From Antedon mediterranea (Eukaryota > Animalia > Echinodermata): a stretch of 64,000 bases of DNA. The translations under genes were made by a program, and so were the position numbers. The DNA lies in NCBI RefSeq assembly GCF_964355755.1, contig NC_092678.1, positions 10,662,352 to 10,726,351 of the forward strand, given 5' to 3'. Position 1 is the stretch's first letter; every line of letters starts with the position of its first letter. Shown in pieces: positions 36,625-50,600 of the stretch. The notes below the pieces were generated by a model. It saw only the letters and a program-made list of their open reading frames with translations. It was not told where the DNA came from and searched no databases.

Positions 36625-39600
36625 GAAGGTATTCTGAGCACTTTGGTGTTTTTGTGTGAAAAGTTTTAACGAAATGCTCAAAATGGTCTAAAACGGTTTC
36701 TAATGTGATTTTAACCACTTTGATGTTTTTGTGTAACCAAGTTCTTTTCGAAAATCACAAAATGGTCTAAAACGTCTCCAAATGCGATTTGAAGCTCTTC
36801 TGTACACTTTGATGTTTTGTGTGAAAAAGTTTTGTCGAAATGCTCAAAATGGTCTAAAACGTTTTTAAATACGATATTAAGCTGTTTTGTGCACTTTGAT
36901 GATTTGTGTGAAAAGTTTTAACGAAATGCTCAAAATAGTCTATAACGGTTTCTAATGTGATTTTAAGCACTTTGATGTTTTTGTGTAATCAAGTTTTTTT
37001 GGAAATCACAAAATGGTCTAAAACGTCTCCAAATGCGATTTGAAGCTTTTCTAAGCACTTTGGTGTTTTTATGTTAACAAGTTTTTTCGAAAATCACAAA
37101 ATGGTCTAAAACGTCTCAAAATGCGATTTGAAGGTATTCTGAGCACTTTGGTGTTTTTGTGTGAAAAGTTTTAACGAAATGCTCAAAATGGTCTAAAACG
37201 GTTTCTAATGTGATTTTAACCACTTTGATGTTTTTGTGTAACCAAGTTTTTTCGAAAATCACAAAATGGTCTAAAACGTCTCCAAATGCGATTTGAAGCT
37301 ATTCTGTACACTTTGATGTTTTGTGTGAAAAAAGTTTTGTCGAAATGCTCAAAATGGTCTAAAACGTTTTTAAAACGATATTAAGCTATTTTATGCTCTT
37401 TGATGTTTTTGTGTAACCAAGTTTTTTCGAAAATCACAAAATTGTCTAAAACGTCTCCGAATGCGATTTGAAGCTCTTCTGTACACTTTGATGTTTTGTG
37501 TGAAAAAGTTTTCTCGAAATGCTAAAAATGGTATAAAAACGTTTTCCAATACCATATTAAGCTATTTTGTGCAATTTGATGTTTTTGTGTAACCAAGTTT
37601 TTTCGAAAATCACAAAATTGTCTAAAACGTCTCCGAATGCGATTTGAAGCTCTTCTGTACACTTTGATGTTTTGTGTGAAAAAGTTTTCTCGAAATGCTA
37701 AAAATGGTCTAAAACGTTTTCCAATACCATATTAAGCTATTTTGTGCAATTTGATGTTTTTGTGTAACAAAGTTTTTTCGAAAATCACAAAATGGTCTAA
37801 AACGTCTCCAAATGCGATTTGAAGATATTCTGAGCACTTTGGTGTTTTTATGTTAAAAAGTTTTTTGGAAAATCACAAAATGGTCTAAAACGACTCCAAA
37901 TGCGATTTGAAGCTATCCTGTACACTTTGATGTTTTGTGTGAAAAAGTTTTGTCGAAATGCTCAAAATGATCTAAAACGTTTTTAAAACGATATTAAGCT
38001 ATTTTGTGCTCTTTGATGTTTTTGTGTATCCAAGTTTCATCGAAATGAACAAAATGGTCTAAAACGTCTCCAAATGCGATTTGAAGGTATTCTGAGCACT
38101 TTGGTGTTTTTGTGTGAAAAGTTTTAACGAAATGCTCAAAATGGTCTAAAACGGTTTCTAATGTGATTTTAACCACTTTGATGTTTTTGTGTAACCAAGT
38201 TCTTTTCGAAAATCACAAAATGGTCTAAAACGTCTCCAAATGCGATTTGAAGCTTTTCTAAGCACTTTGGTGTTTTTATGTTAAAAAGTTTTTTCGAAAA
38301 TCACAAAATGGTCTAAAACGTCTCCAAATGCGATTTGAAGCTCTTCTGTACACTTTGATGTTTTGTGTGAAAAAGTTTTGTCGAAATGCTCAAAATGGTC
38401 TAAAACGTTTTTAAATACGATATTAAGCTGTTTTGTGCACTTTGATGATTTGTGTGAAAAGTTTTAACGAAATGTTCAAAATAGTCTAAAACGGTTTCTA
38501 ATGTGATTTTAAGCACTTTGATGTTTTTGTGTAACCAAGTTTTTTCGGAAATCACAAAATGGTCTAAAACGTCTCAAAATGCGATTTGAAGCTTTTCTAA
38601 GCACTTTGGTGTTTTTATGTTAACAAGTTTTTTCGAAAATCACAAAATGGTCTAAAACGTCTCAAAATGCGATTGAAGGTATTCTGAGCACTTTGGTGTT
38701 TTTGTGTGAAAAGTTTTAACGAAATGCTCAAAATGGTCTAAAACGGTTCTAATGTGATTTTAAGCACTTTGATGTTTTTGTATAACCAAGTTTCATCGAA
38801 ATGCTCAAAATGATGTAAAACGTTTTAAAAACGATATTAAGCTATTTTGTGCTCTTTGATGTTTTTGTGTAACCAAGTTTTTTCGAAAATCACAAAATGG
38901 TCTAAAACGTCTCCAAATGCGATTTGAAGCTTTTCTAAGCACTTTGGTGTTTTTATGTTAACAAGTTTTTTCGAAAATCACAAAATGGTCTAAAACGTCT
39001 CAAAATGCGATTTGAAGGTATTCTGAGCACTTTGGTGTTTTTGTGTGAAAAGTTTTAACGAAATGCTCAAAATGGTCTAAAACGGTTTCTAATGTGATTT
39101 TAACCACTTTGATGTTTTTGTGTAACCAAGTTTTTTCGAAAATCACAAAATGGTCTAAAACGTCTCCAAATGCGATTTGAAGCTTTTCTAAGCACTTTGG
39201 TGTTTTTATGTTAACAAGTTTTTTCGAAAATCACAAAATGGTCTAAAACGTCTCAAATAGCGATTTGAAGCTATTCTGTACACTTTGATGTTTTGTGTGA
39301 AAAAAGTTTTGTCGAAATGCTCAAAATGGTCTAAAACGTTTTTAAAACGATATTAGGCTATTTTGTGCTCTTTGATGTTTTTGTGTAACCAAGTTTTATC
39401 GAAATGAACAAAATGGTCTAAAACGTCTCCAAATGCGATTTGAAGCTTTTCCAAGCACTTTGCTGTTTTTATGTTAACAAGTTTTTTCGAAAATCACAAA
39501 ATGGTCTAAAACATCTCCAAATGCGATTTGAAGATATTCTGAGCACTTTGGTGTTTTTATGTTAAAAAGTTTTTTCGAAAATCACAAAATGGTCTAAAAC

Positions 39601-41229
39601 GTCTCAAAATGCGATTTGAAGGTATTCTGAGCACTTTGGTGTTTTTGTGTGAAAAGTTTTAACGAAATGCTCAAAATTGTCTAAAACGGTTTCTAATGTG
39701 ATTTTAAGCACTTTGATGTTTTTGTAAAACCAAGTTTTTTCGAAAATCACAAAATGGTCTAAAACGTCTCCAAATGCGATTTGAAGCTTTTCTAAACACT
39801 TTGGTGTTTTTATGTTAACAAGTTTTTTCGAAAATCACAAAATGGTCTAAAACGTCTCCAAATCCGATTTGAAGCTATTCTGTACACTTTGATGTTTTGT
39901 GTGAAAAAGTTTTGTCGAAATGCTCAAAATGGTCTAAAACGTTTTTAAAACGATATTAAGCTATTTTGTGCTCTTTGATGTTTTTGTGTAACCAAGTTTC
40001 ATCGATATGAACAAAATGGTCTAAAACGTCTCAAAATGCGATTTGAAGGTATTCTGAGCACTTTGGTGTTTTTGGGTGAAAAGTTTTAACGAAATGCTCA
40101 AAATGGTCTAAAACAGTTTCTAATGTGATTTTAAGCACTTTGAAGTATTTGTAAAAACAAGTTTCATCGAAATGCACAAAATGGTCTAAAACGTCTCCAA
40201 ATGCGATTTGAAGCTTTTCTAAGCACTTTGGTGTTTTTATGTTAACAAGTTTTTTCGAAAATCACAAAATGGTCTAAAACGTCTCCAAATGCGATTTGAA
40301 GATATTCTGAGCACTTTGGTGTTTTTATGTTTAAAAGTTTTTTCGAAAATCACAAAATGGTCTAAAACGTCTCCAAATGCGATTTGAAGCTATTCTGTAC
40401 ACTTTGATGTTTTGTGTGAAAAAGTTTTGTCGAAATGCTCAAAATGGTTTAAAACGTTTTTAAAACGATATTAAGCTATTTTGTGCTCTTTGATGTTTTT
40501 GTATAACCAAGTTTCATCGAAATGCACAAAATGGTCTAAAACGTCTCCAAATACGATTTGAAGCTTTTCTAAGCACTTTGCTGTTTTTATGTTAACAAGT
40601 TTTTTCGAAAATCACAAAATGGTCTAAAACGTCTCCAAATGCGATTTGAAGATATTCTGAGCACTTTGGTGTTTTTATGTTAAAAAGTTTTTTCGAAAAT
40701 CACAAAATGGTCTAAAACGTCTCCAAATGCGATTTGAAGATATTCTGAGCACTTTGGTGTTTTTATGTTAAAAAGTTTTTTCGAAAATCACAAAATGGTC
40801 TAAAACGTCTCCAAATGCGATTTGAAGCTATTCTGTACACTTTGATGTTTTGTGTGAAAAAGTTTTGTCGAAATGCTCAAAATGGTCTAAAACGTTTTTA
40901 AAACGATATAAAGCTATTTTGTGCTCTTTGAGGTTTTTGTGTAACCAAGTTTTTTCGAAAATCACAAAATGGTCTAAAACGTCTCCAAATGCGATTTGAA
41001 GCTTTTCTAAGCACTTTGGTGTTTTTATGTTAACAAGTTTTTTCGAAAATCACAAAATGGTCTAAAACGTTTTAAAATGCGATTTGAAGGTATTCTGAGC
41101 ACTTTGGTGTTTTTGTGTGAAAAGTTTTAACGAAATGCTCAAAATGGTCTAAAACGGTTTCTAATGTGATTTTAACCACTTTGATGTTTTTGTGTAACCA
41201 AGTTTTTTCGAAAATCACAAAATGGTCTA

Positions 41230-44200
41230 AAACGTCTCCAAATGCGATTTGAAGCTTTTCTAAGCACTTTGGTGTTTTTATGTTAACAAGTTTTTTCGAA
41301 AATCACAAAAAGGTCTAAAACGTCTCCAAATGCGATTTGAAGCTATTCTGTACACTTTGATGTTTTGTGTGAAAAAAGTTTTGTCGAAATGCTTAAAATG
41401 GTCTAAAACGTTTTTAAAACGATATTAAGCTATTTTGTGCTCTTTGATGTTTTTGTGTAACCAAGTTTTATCGAAATGAACAAAATGGTCTAAAACGTCT
41501 CCAAATGCGATTTGAAGCTTTTCCAAGCACTTTGCTGTTTTTATGTTAACAGGTTTTTTCGAAAATCACAAAATGGTCTAAAACGTCTCAAAATGCGATT
41601 TGAAGGTATTCTGAGCACTTTGGTGTTTTTGTGTGAAAAGTTTTAACGAAATGCTCAAAATTGTCTAAAACGGTTTCTAATGTGATTTTAAGCAATTTGA
41701 TGTTTTTGTAAAACCAAGTTTCATCGAAATGCACAAAATGGTCTAAAACGTCTCCAAATGCGATTTAAAGCTATTCTAGACACTTTGATGTTTTGTGTGA
41801 AAAAGTTTTCTCGAAATGCTCAAAATGGTCTAAAACGTTTTCCAATACCATATTAAGCTATTTTGTGCAATTTGATGTTTTTGTGTAACCAAGTTTTTTG
41901 AAATGCGATTTGAAGATATTCTGAGGACTTTGGTGTTTTTATGTTAAAAAGTTTTTTCGAAAATCACAAAATGGTCTAAAACGTCTCCAAATGCGATTTG
42001 AAGATATTCTGAGCACTTTGGTGTTTTTATGTTAAAAAGTTTTTTCGAAAATCACAAAATGGTCTAAAACGTCTCCAAATGCGATTTGAAGGTCTTCTGT
42101 ACACTTTGATGTTTTGTGTGAAAAAGTTTTTTCAAAATGCTCAAAATGGTCTAAAACGTTTTTAAAACGATATTAAGCTATTTTGTGCTCTTTGATGTTT
42201 TTGTATAACCAAGTTTTTTCGAAAATCACAAAATGGTCTAAAACGTCTCCAAATGCGATTTGAAGCTTTTCCAAGCACTTTGCTGTTTTTATGTTAACAA
42301 GTTTTTTCGAAAATCACAAAATGGTCTAAAACGTCTCAAAATACGATATTAAGCTGTTTTGTGCACTTTGATGATTTGTGTGAAAAGTTTTAACGAAATG
42401 CTCAAAATGGTCTAAAACGGTTTCTAATGTGATTTTAAGCACTTTGATGTTTTTATGTAGCCAAGTTTTTTCGAAAATCACAAAATGGTCAAAAACGTCT
42501 CCAAATGCGATTTGAAGCTTTTCTAAGCACTTTGGTGTTTTTATGTTAACAAGTTTTTTCGAAAATCACAAAATGGTCTAAAACGTCTTCAAATGCGATT
42601 TGAAGATATTCTGAGCACTTTGGTGTTTTTCTGTTAAAAAGTATTTTCGAAAATCACAAAATGGTCTATAACGTCTCCAAATGCGATTTGAAGCTATTCT
42701 GTACACTTTGATGTTTTGTGTGAAAAAGTTTTGTCAAAATGCTCAAAATGGTCTAAAACGTTTTTAAAACGATATTAAGCTATTTTGTGCTCTTTGATGT
42801 GTTTGTATAACCAAGTTTTTTCGAAAATCACAAAATGGTCTAAAACGTCTCCAAATGCGATTTGAAGCTTTTCCAAGCACTTTGCTGTTTTTATGTTAAC
42901 AATTTTTTTCGAAAATCATAAAATGGTCTAAAACGTCTCAAAATGCGATTTGAAGGTATTCTGAGCACTTTGGTGTTTTTGTGTGAAAAGTTTTAACGAA
43001 ATGCTCAAAATGGTCTAAAACGGTTCTAATGTGATTTTAAGCACTTTGAAGTATTTGTAAAAACAAGTTTCATCGAAATGCACAAAATGGTCTAAAACGT
43101 CTCCAAATGCGATTTGAAGCTTTTCTAAGCACTTTGGTGTTTTTATGTTAACAAGTTTTTTCGAAAATCACAAAATGGTCTAAAACGTCTCCAAATGCGA
43201 TTTGAAGCTATTCTGTACACTTTGATGTTTTGTGTGAAAAAAGTTTTGTCGAAATGCTTAAAATGGTCTAAAACGTTTTTAAAACGATATTAAGCTATTT
43301 TGTGCTCTTTGATGTTTTTGTGTAACCAAGTTTTATCGAAATGAACAAAATGGTCTAAAACGTCTCCAAATGCGATTTGAAGCTTTTCCAAGCACTTTGC
43401 TGTTTTTATGTTAACAGGTTTTTTCGAAAATCACAAAATGGTCTAAAATGTCTCAAAATGCGATTTGAAGGTATTCTGAGCACTTTGGTGTTTTTGTGTG
43501 AAAAGTTTTAACGAAATGCTCAAAATTGTCTAAAACGGTTTCTAATGTGATTTTAAGCAATTTGATGTTTTTGTAAAACCAAGTTTCATCGAAATGCACA
43601 AAATGGTCTAAAACGTCTCCAAATGCGATTTAAAGCTATTCTAGACACTTTGATGTTTTGTGTGAAAAAGTTTTCTCGAAATGCTCAAAATGGTCTAAAA
43701 CGTTTTCCAATACCATATTAAGCTATTTTGTGCAATTTGATGTTTTTGTGTAACCAAGTTTTTTGAAATGCGATTTGAAGATATTCTGAGGACTTTGGTG
43801 TTTTTATGTTAAAAAGTTTTTTCGAAAATCACAAAATGGTCTAAAACGTCTCCAAATGCGATTTGAAGATATTCTGAGCACTTTGGTGTTTTTATGTTAA
43901 AAAGTTTTTTCGAAAATCACAAAATGGTCTAAAACGTCTCCAAATGCGATTTGAAGGTCTTCTGTACACTTTGATGTTTTGTGTGAAAAAGTTTTTTCAA
44001 AATGCTCAAAATGGTCTAAAACGTTTTTAAAACGATATTAAGCTATTTTGTGCTCTTTGATGTTTTTGTATAACCAAGTTTTTTCGAAAATCACAAAATG
44101 GTCTAAAACGTCTCCAAATGCGATTTGAAGCTTTTCCAAGCACTTTGCTGTTTTTATGTTAACAAGTTTTTTCGAAAATCACAAAATGGTCTAAAACGTC

Positions 44201-44630
44201 TCAAAATACGATATTAAGCTGTTTTGTGCACTTTGATGATTTGTGTGAAAAGTTTTAACGAAATGCTCAAAATGTTCTAAAACGGTTTCTAATGTGATTT
44301 TAAGCACTTTGATGTTTTTATGTAGCCAAGTTTTTTCGAAAATCACAAAATGGTCAAAAACGTCTCCAAATGCGATTTGAAGCTTTTCTAAGCACTTTGG
44401 TGTTTTTATGTTAACAAGTTTTTTCGAAAATCACAAAATGGTCTAAAACGTCTTCAAATGCGATTTGAAGATATTCTGAGCACTTTGGTGTTTTTCTGTT
44501 AAAAAGTATTTTCGAAAATCACAAAATGGTCTATAACGTCTCCAAATGCGATTTGAAGCTATTCTGTACACTTTGATGTTTTGTGTGAAAAAGTTTTGTC
44601 AAAATGCTCAAAATGGTCTAAAACGTTTTT
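41230..44630 (+). repeat. Near-tandem duplication with 1,865-bp offset
   Basis: GCTTAAAATG 41391/43256, AGCAATTTG 41691/43556, GGTCTATAAC 42663/44528. Confidence 0.85.
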
Positions 44631-47600
44631 AAAACTATATTAAGCTATTTTGTGCTCTTTGATGTTTTTGTGTAACCAAGTTTTTTCGAAAATCACAAAA
44701 TGGTCTAAAACGTCTCCAAATGCGATTTGAAGCTTTTCTAAGCACTTTGGTGTTTTTATGTTAACAAGTTTTTTCGAAAATCACAAAATGGTCTAAAACG
44801 TCTCAAAATGCGATTTGAAGGTATTCTGAGCACTTTGGTGTTTTTGTGTGAAAAGTTTTAACGAAATGCTCAAAATGGTCTAAAACGGTTTCTAATGTGA
44901 TTTTAACCACTTTGATGTTTTTGTGTAACCAAGTTTTTTCGAAAATCACAAAATGGTCTAAAACGTCTCCAAATGCGATTTGAAGCTTTTCTAAGCACTT
45001 TGGTGTTTTTATGTTAACAAGTTTTTTCGAAAATCACAAAATGGTCTAAAACGTCTCCAAATGCGATTTGAAGATATTCTGAGCACTTTGGTGTTTTTCT
45101 GTTAAAAAGTAATTTCGAAAATCACAAAATGGTCTAAAACGTCTCCAAATGCAATTTGAAGCTATTCTGTACACTTTGATGTTTTGTGTGAAAAAGTTTT
45201 GTCAAAATGCTCAAAATGGTCTAAAACGTTTTTAAAACGATATTAAGCTATTTTGTGCTCTTTGATGTTTTTGTATAACCAAGTTTTTTCGAAAATCACA
45301 AAATGGTCTAAAACGTCTCCAAATGCGATTTGAAGCTTTTCTAAACACTTTGGTGTTTTTATGTTAACAAGTTTTTTCGAAAATCACAAAATGGTCTAAA
45401 ACGTCTCCAAATCCGATTTGAAGCTATTCTGTACACTTTGATGTTTTGTGTGAAAAAGTTTTGTCGAAATGCTCAAAATGGTCTAAAACGTTTTTAAAAC
45501 GATATTAAGCTATTTTGTGCTCTTTGATGTTTTTTTGTAACCAAGTTTCATCGATATGAACAAAATGGTCTAAAACGTCTCAAAATGCGATTTGAAGGTA
45601 TTCTGAGCACTTTGGTGTTTTTGGGTGAAAAGTTTTAACGAAATGCTCAAAATGGTCTAAAACGGTTTCTAATGTGATTTTAAGCACTTTGAAGTATTTG
45701 TAAAAACAAGTTTCATCGAAATGCACAAAATAGTCTAAAACGTCTCCAAATGCGATTTGAAGCTTTTCTAAGCACTTTGGTGTTTTTATGTTAACAAGTT
45801 TTTTCGAAAATCACAAAATGGTCTAAAACGTCTCCAAATGCGATTTGAAGATATTCTGAGCACTTTGGTGTTTTTATGTTAAAAAGTATTTTCGAAAATC
45901 ACAAAATGGTCTAAAACGTCTCCAAATGCGATTTGAAGCTCTTCTGTACACTTTGATGTTTTGTGTGAAAAAGTTTAGTCGAAATGCTCAAAATGGTCTA
46001 AAACGTTTTTAAAACGATATTAAGCTATTTTGTGCTCTTTGATGTTTTTGTGTAACCAAGTTTCATCGAAATGAACAAAATGGTCTAAAACGTCTCCAAA
46101 TGCGATTTGAAGCTTTTCTAAGCACTTTGGTGTTTTTATGTTAACAAGTTTTTTCGAAAATCACAAAATGGTCTAAAACGTCTCCAAATGCGATTTGAAA
46201 ATATTCTGAGCACTTTGCTGTTTTTATGTTAACAAGTTTTTTCGAAAATCACAAAATGGTCTAAAACGTCTCAAAATGCTATTTGAAGGTATTCTGAGCA
46301 CTTTGGTGTTTTTGTGTGAAAAGTTTTAACGAAATGCTCAAAATGGTCTAAAACGGTTCTAATGTGATTTTAAACACTTTGATGTTTTGTGTGAAAAAGT
46401 TTTGTCAAAATGCTCAAAATGGTCTAAAACGTTTTTAAAACGATATTAAGCTATTTTGTGCTCTTTGATGTTTTTGTATAACCAAGTTTTTTTGAAAATC
46501 ACAAAATGGTCTAAAACGTCTCCAAATGCGATTTGAAGATATTCTGAGCACTTTGGTGTTTTTATGTTAAAAAGTTTTTTCGAAAATCACAAAATGGTCT
46601 AAAACGTCTCCAAATGCGATTTGAAGATATTCTGAGCACTTTGGTGTTTTTATGTTAAAAAGTTTTTTCGAAAATCACAAAATGGTCTAAAACGTCTCCA
46701 AATGCGATTTGAAGCTATTCTATACACTTTGATGTTTTGTGTTAAAAAGTTTTGTCGAAATGCTCAAAATGGTTTAAAACGTTTTTAAAACGATATTAAG
46801 CTATTTTGTGCTCTTTGATGTTTTTGTGTAACCAAGTTTCATCGAAATGAACAAAATGGTCTAAAACGTCTCCAAATGCGATTTGAAGCTTTTCCAAGCA
46901 CTTTGCTGTTTTTATGTTAACAAGTTTTTTCGAAAATCACAAAATTGTCTAAAACGTCTCAAAATGCGATTTGAAGGTATTCTGAGCACTTTGGTGTTTT
47001 TGTGTGAAAAGTTTTAACGAAAAGCTCAAAATGGTCTAAAACGGTTCTAATGTGATTTTAAGCACTTTGATGTTTTTGTACAACCAAGTTTCATCGAAAT
47101 GCTCAAAATGGTCTAAAACGTTTTTAAAACGATATTAAGCTATTTTGTGCTCTTTGATGTTTTTGTGTAACCAAGTTTTTTCGAAAATCACAAAATGGTC
47201 TAAAACGTCTCCAAATGCGATTTGAAGCTTTTCTAAACACTTTGGTGTTTTTGTGTTAACAAGTTTTTTCGAAAATCACAAAATGGTCTAAAACGTCTCA
47301 AAATGCGATTTGAAGGTATTCTGAGCACTTTGGTGTTTTTGTGTGAAAAGTTTTAACGAAATGCTCAAAATGGTCTAAAACGGTTTCTAATGTGATTTTA
47401 ACCACTTTGATGTTTTTGTGTAACCAAGTTCTTTTCGAAAATCACAAAATGGTCTAAAACGTCTCCAAATGCGATTTGAAGCTTTTCTAAGCACTTTGGT
47501 GTTTTTATGTTAACAAGTTTTTTTGAAAATCACAAAATGGTCTAAAACGTCTCAAAATGCGATTTGAAGGTATTCTGAGCAATTTGGTGTTTTTGTGTGA

Positions 47601-50600
47601 AAATTTTTAACGAAATGCTCAAAATGGTCTAAAACGGTTTCTAATGTGATTTTAACCACTTTGATGTTTTTGTGTAACCAAGTTTTTTCGAAAATCACAA
47701 AATGGTCTAAAACGTCTCCAAATGCGATTTGAAGCTTTTCTAAGCACTTTGGTGTTTTTATGTTAACAAGTTTTTTCGAAAATCACAAAATGGTCTAAAA
47801 CGTCTCCAAATGCGATTTGAAGCTATTCTGTACACTTTGATGTTTTGTGTGAAAAGTTTTAACGAAATGCTCAAAATGGTCTAAAACGGTTTCTAATGTG
47901 ATTTTAACCACTTTGATGTTTTTGTGTAACCAAGTTTTTTCGAAAATCACAAAATGGTCTAAAACGTCTCCAAATGCGATTTGAAGCTTTTCCAAGCACT
48001 TTGCTGTTTTTATGTTAACAAGTTTTTTCGAAAATCACAAAATGGCCTAAAACGTCTCAAAATGCGATTTGAAGCTATTCTGTACACTTTGATGTTTTGT
48101 GTGAAAAAAGTTTTGTCGAAATGCTCAAAATGGTCTAAAACGTTTTTAAAACGATATTAAGCTATTTTGTGCTCTTTGATGTTTTTGTGTAACCAAGTTT
48201 TATCGAAATGAACAAAATGGTCTAAAACGTCTCCAAATGCGATTTGAAGCTTTTCTAAGCACTTTGCTGTTTTTATGTTAACTAGTTTTTTCGAAAATCA
48301 CAAAATGGTCTAAAACGTCTCCAAATGCGATTTGAAGATATTCTGAGCACTTTGGTGTTTTTATGTTAAAAAGTTTTTTCGAAAATCACAAAATGGTCTA
48401 AAACGTCTCCAAATGCGATTTGAAGCTTTTCTAAACACTTTGGTGTTTTTATGTTAACAAGTTTTTTCGAAAATCACAAAATGGTCTAAAACGTCTCCAA
48501 ATGCGATTTGAAGCTATTCTGTACACTTTGATGTTTTGTGTGAAAAAGTTTCTCGAAATGCTCAAAATGGTCTAAAACGTTTTCCAATACCATATTAAGC
48601 TATTTTGTGCAATTTGATGTTTTTGTGTAACCAAGTTTTTTGAAATGCGATTTGAAGATATTCTGAGCACTTTGGTGTTTTTATGTTACAAAGTTTTTTC
48701 GAAAATCACAAAATGGTCTAAAACGTCTCCAAATGCGATTTGAAGATATTCTGAGCACTTTGGTGTTTTTATGTTAAAAAGTTTTTTCGAAAATCACAAA
48801 ATGGTCTAAAACGTCTCCAAATGCGATTTGAAGCTATTCTGTACACTTTGATGTTTTGTGTGAAAAAGTTTTGTCGAAATGCTCAAAATGGTCTAAAACG
48901 TTTTTAAAACGATATTAAGCTATTTTGTGCTCTTTGATGTTTTTGTGTAACCAAGTTTTTTCGAAAATCACGAAATGGTCTAAAACGTCTTCAAATGCGA
49001 TTTGAAGCTTTTCTAAGCACTTTGGTGTTTTTATGTTAACAAGTTTTTTCGCAAATCACAAAATGGTCTAAAACGTCTCCAAATGCGATTTGAAGATATT
49101 CTGAGCACATTGGTGTTTTTATGTTAAAAAGTTTTGTCGAAATGCTCAAAATGGTCTAAAACGTTTTTAAAACGATATTAAGCTATTTTGTCCTCTTTGA
49201 TGTTTTTATGTAACCAAGTTTCATCGAAATGAACAAAATGGTCTAAAACGTCTCCAAATGCGATTTGAAGCTTTTCCAAGCACTTTGCTGTTTTTATGTT
49301 AACAAGTTTTTTCGAAAATCACAAAATGGTCTAAAACGTCTCAAAATGCGATTTGAAGGTATTCTGAGCACTTTGGTGTTTTTGTGTGAAAAGTTTTAAC
49401 GAAATGCTCAAAATGGTCTAAAACGGTTTCTAATGTGATTTTAAGCACTTTGATGTTTTTGTATAACCAAGTTTCATCGAAATGCACAAAATGGTCTAAA
49501 ACGTCTCCAAATGCGATTTTAAGCTTTTCTAAGCACTTTGGTGTTTTTATGTTAACAAGGTTTTTCGAAAATCACAAAATGGTCTAAAACGTCTCCAAAT
49601 GCGATTTGAAGATATTCTGAGCACTTTGGTGTTTTTATGTTAACAAGTTTTTTCGAAAATCACAAAATGGTCTAAAACGTCTCAAAATACGATATTAAGC
49701 TGTTTTGTGCACTTTGATGATTTGTGTGAAAAGTTTTAACGAAATGCTCAAAATGGTCTAAAACGGTTTCTAATGTGATTTTAAGCACTTTGATGTTTTT
49801 ATGTAGCCAAGTTTTTTCGAAAATCACAAAATGGTCAAAAACGTCTCCAAATGCGATTTGAAGCTTTTTTAAGCACTTTGGTTTTTTTATGTTAACAAGT
49901 TTTTTCGAAAATCACAAAATGGTCTAAAACGTCTTCAAATGCGATTTGAAGATATTCTGAGCACTTTGGTGTTTTTCTGTTAAAAAGTATTTTCGAAAAT
50001 CACAAAAATGGTCTAAAACGTCTCCAAATGCGATTTGAAGCTATTCTGTACACTTTGATGTTTTGTGTGAAAAAGTTTTGTCAAAATGCTCAAAATGGTC
50101 TAAAACGTTTTTAAAACGATATTAAGCTATTTTGTGCTCTTTGATGTGTTTGTATAACCAAGTTTTTTCGAAAATCACAAAATGGTCTAAAACGTCTCCA
50201 AATGCGATTTGAAGCTTTTCTAAGCACTTTGCTGTTTTTATGTTAACAAGTTTTTTCGAAAATCACAAAATGGTCTAAAACGTCTCTAAATGCGATTTGA
50301 AGCTTTTCTAAGCACTTTGGTGTTTTTATGTTAACATGTTTTTTCGAAAATCACAAAATGGTCTAAAACGTCTCAAAATGCGATTTGAAGGTATTCTGAG
50401 CACTTTGGTGTTTTTGTGTGAAAAGTTTTAACGAAATGCTCAAAATGGTCTAAAACGGTTTCTAATGTGATTTTAACCACTTTGATGTTTTTGTGTAACC
50501 AAGTTCTTTTCGAAAATCACAAAATGGTCTAAAACGTCTCCAAATGCGATTTGAAGCTCTTCTGTACACTTTGGTGTTTTTATGTTAACAAGTTTTTTCG

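Larger units (their letters stand above)
34250..39600 (+). repeat. SINE-bearing satellite block with a SINE-free paralogue at ~48590-52930
   Basis: Left-flank markers ACGAAATGGT 34631/48970 and CTGAGCACAT 34762/49101 (offset 14,339). Right-flank markers GATTGAAGG 38671/52006 and TGATGTAAAA 38811/52146 (offset 13,335). Confidence 0.8.

Noticed and set aside
36408-36641. 77-aa ORF spanning the insertion
   Set aside because: It starts in satellite and reads through the tRNA-like head. 'CGLVVMMLGYQSKGPGFKSC' is the typical translation artefact of A and B box sequence.
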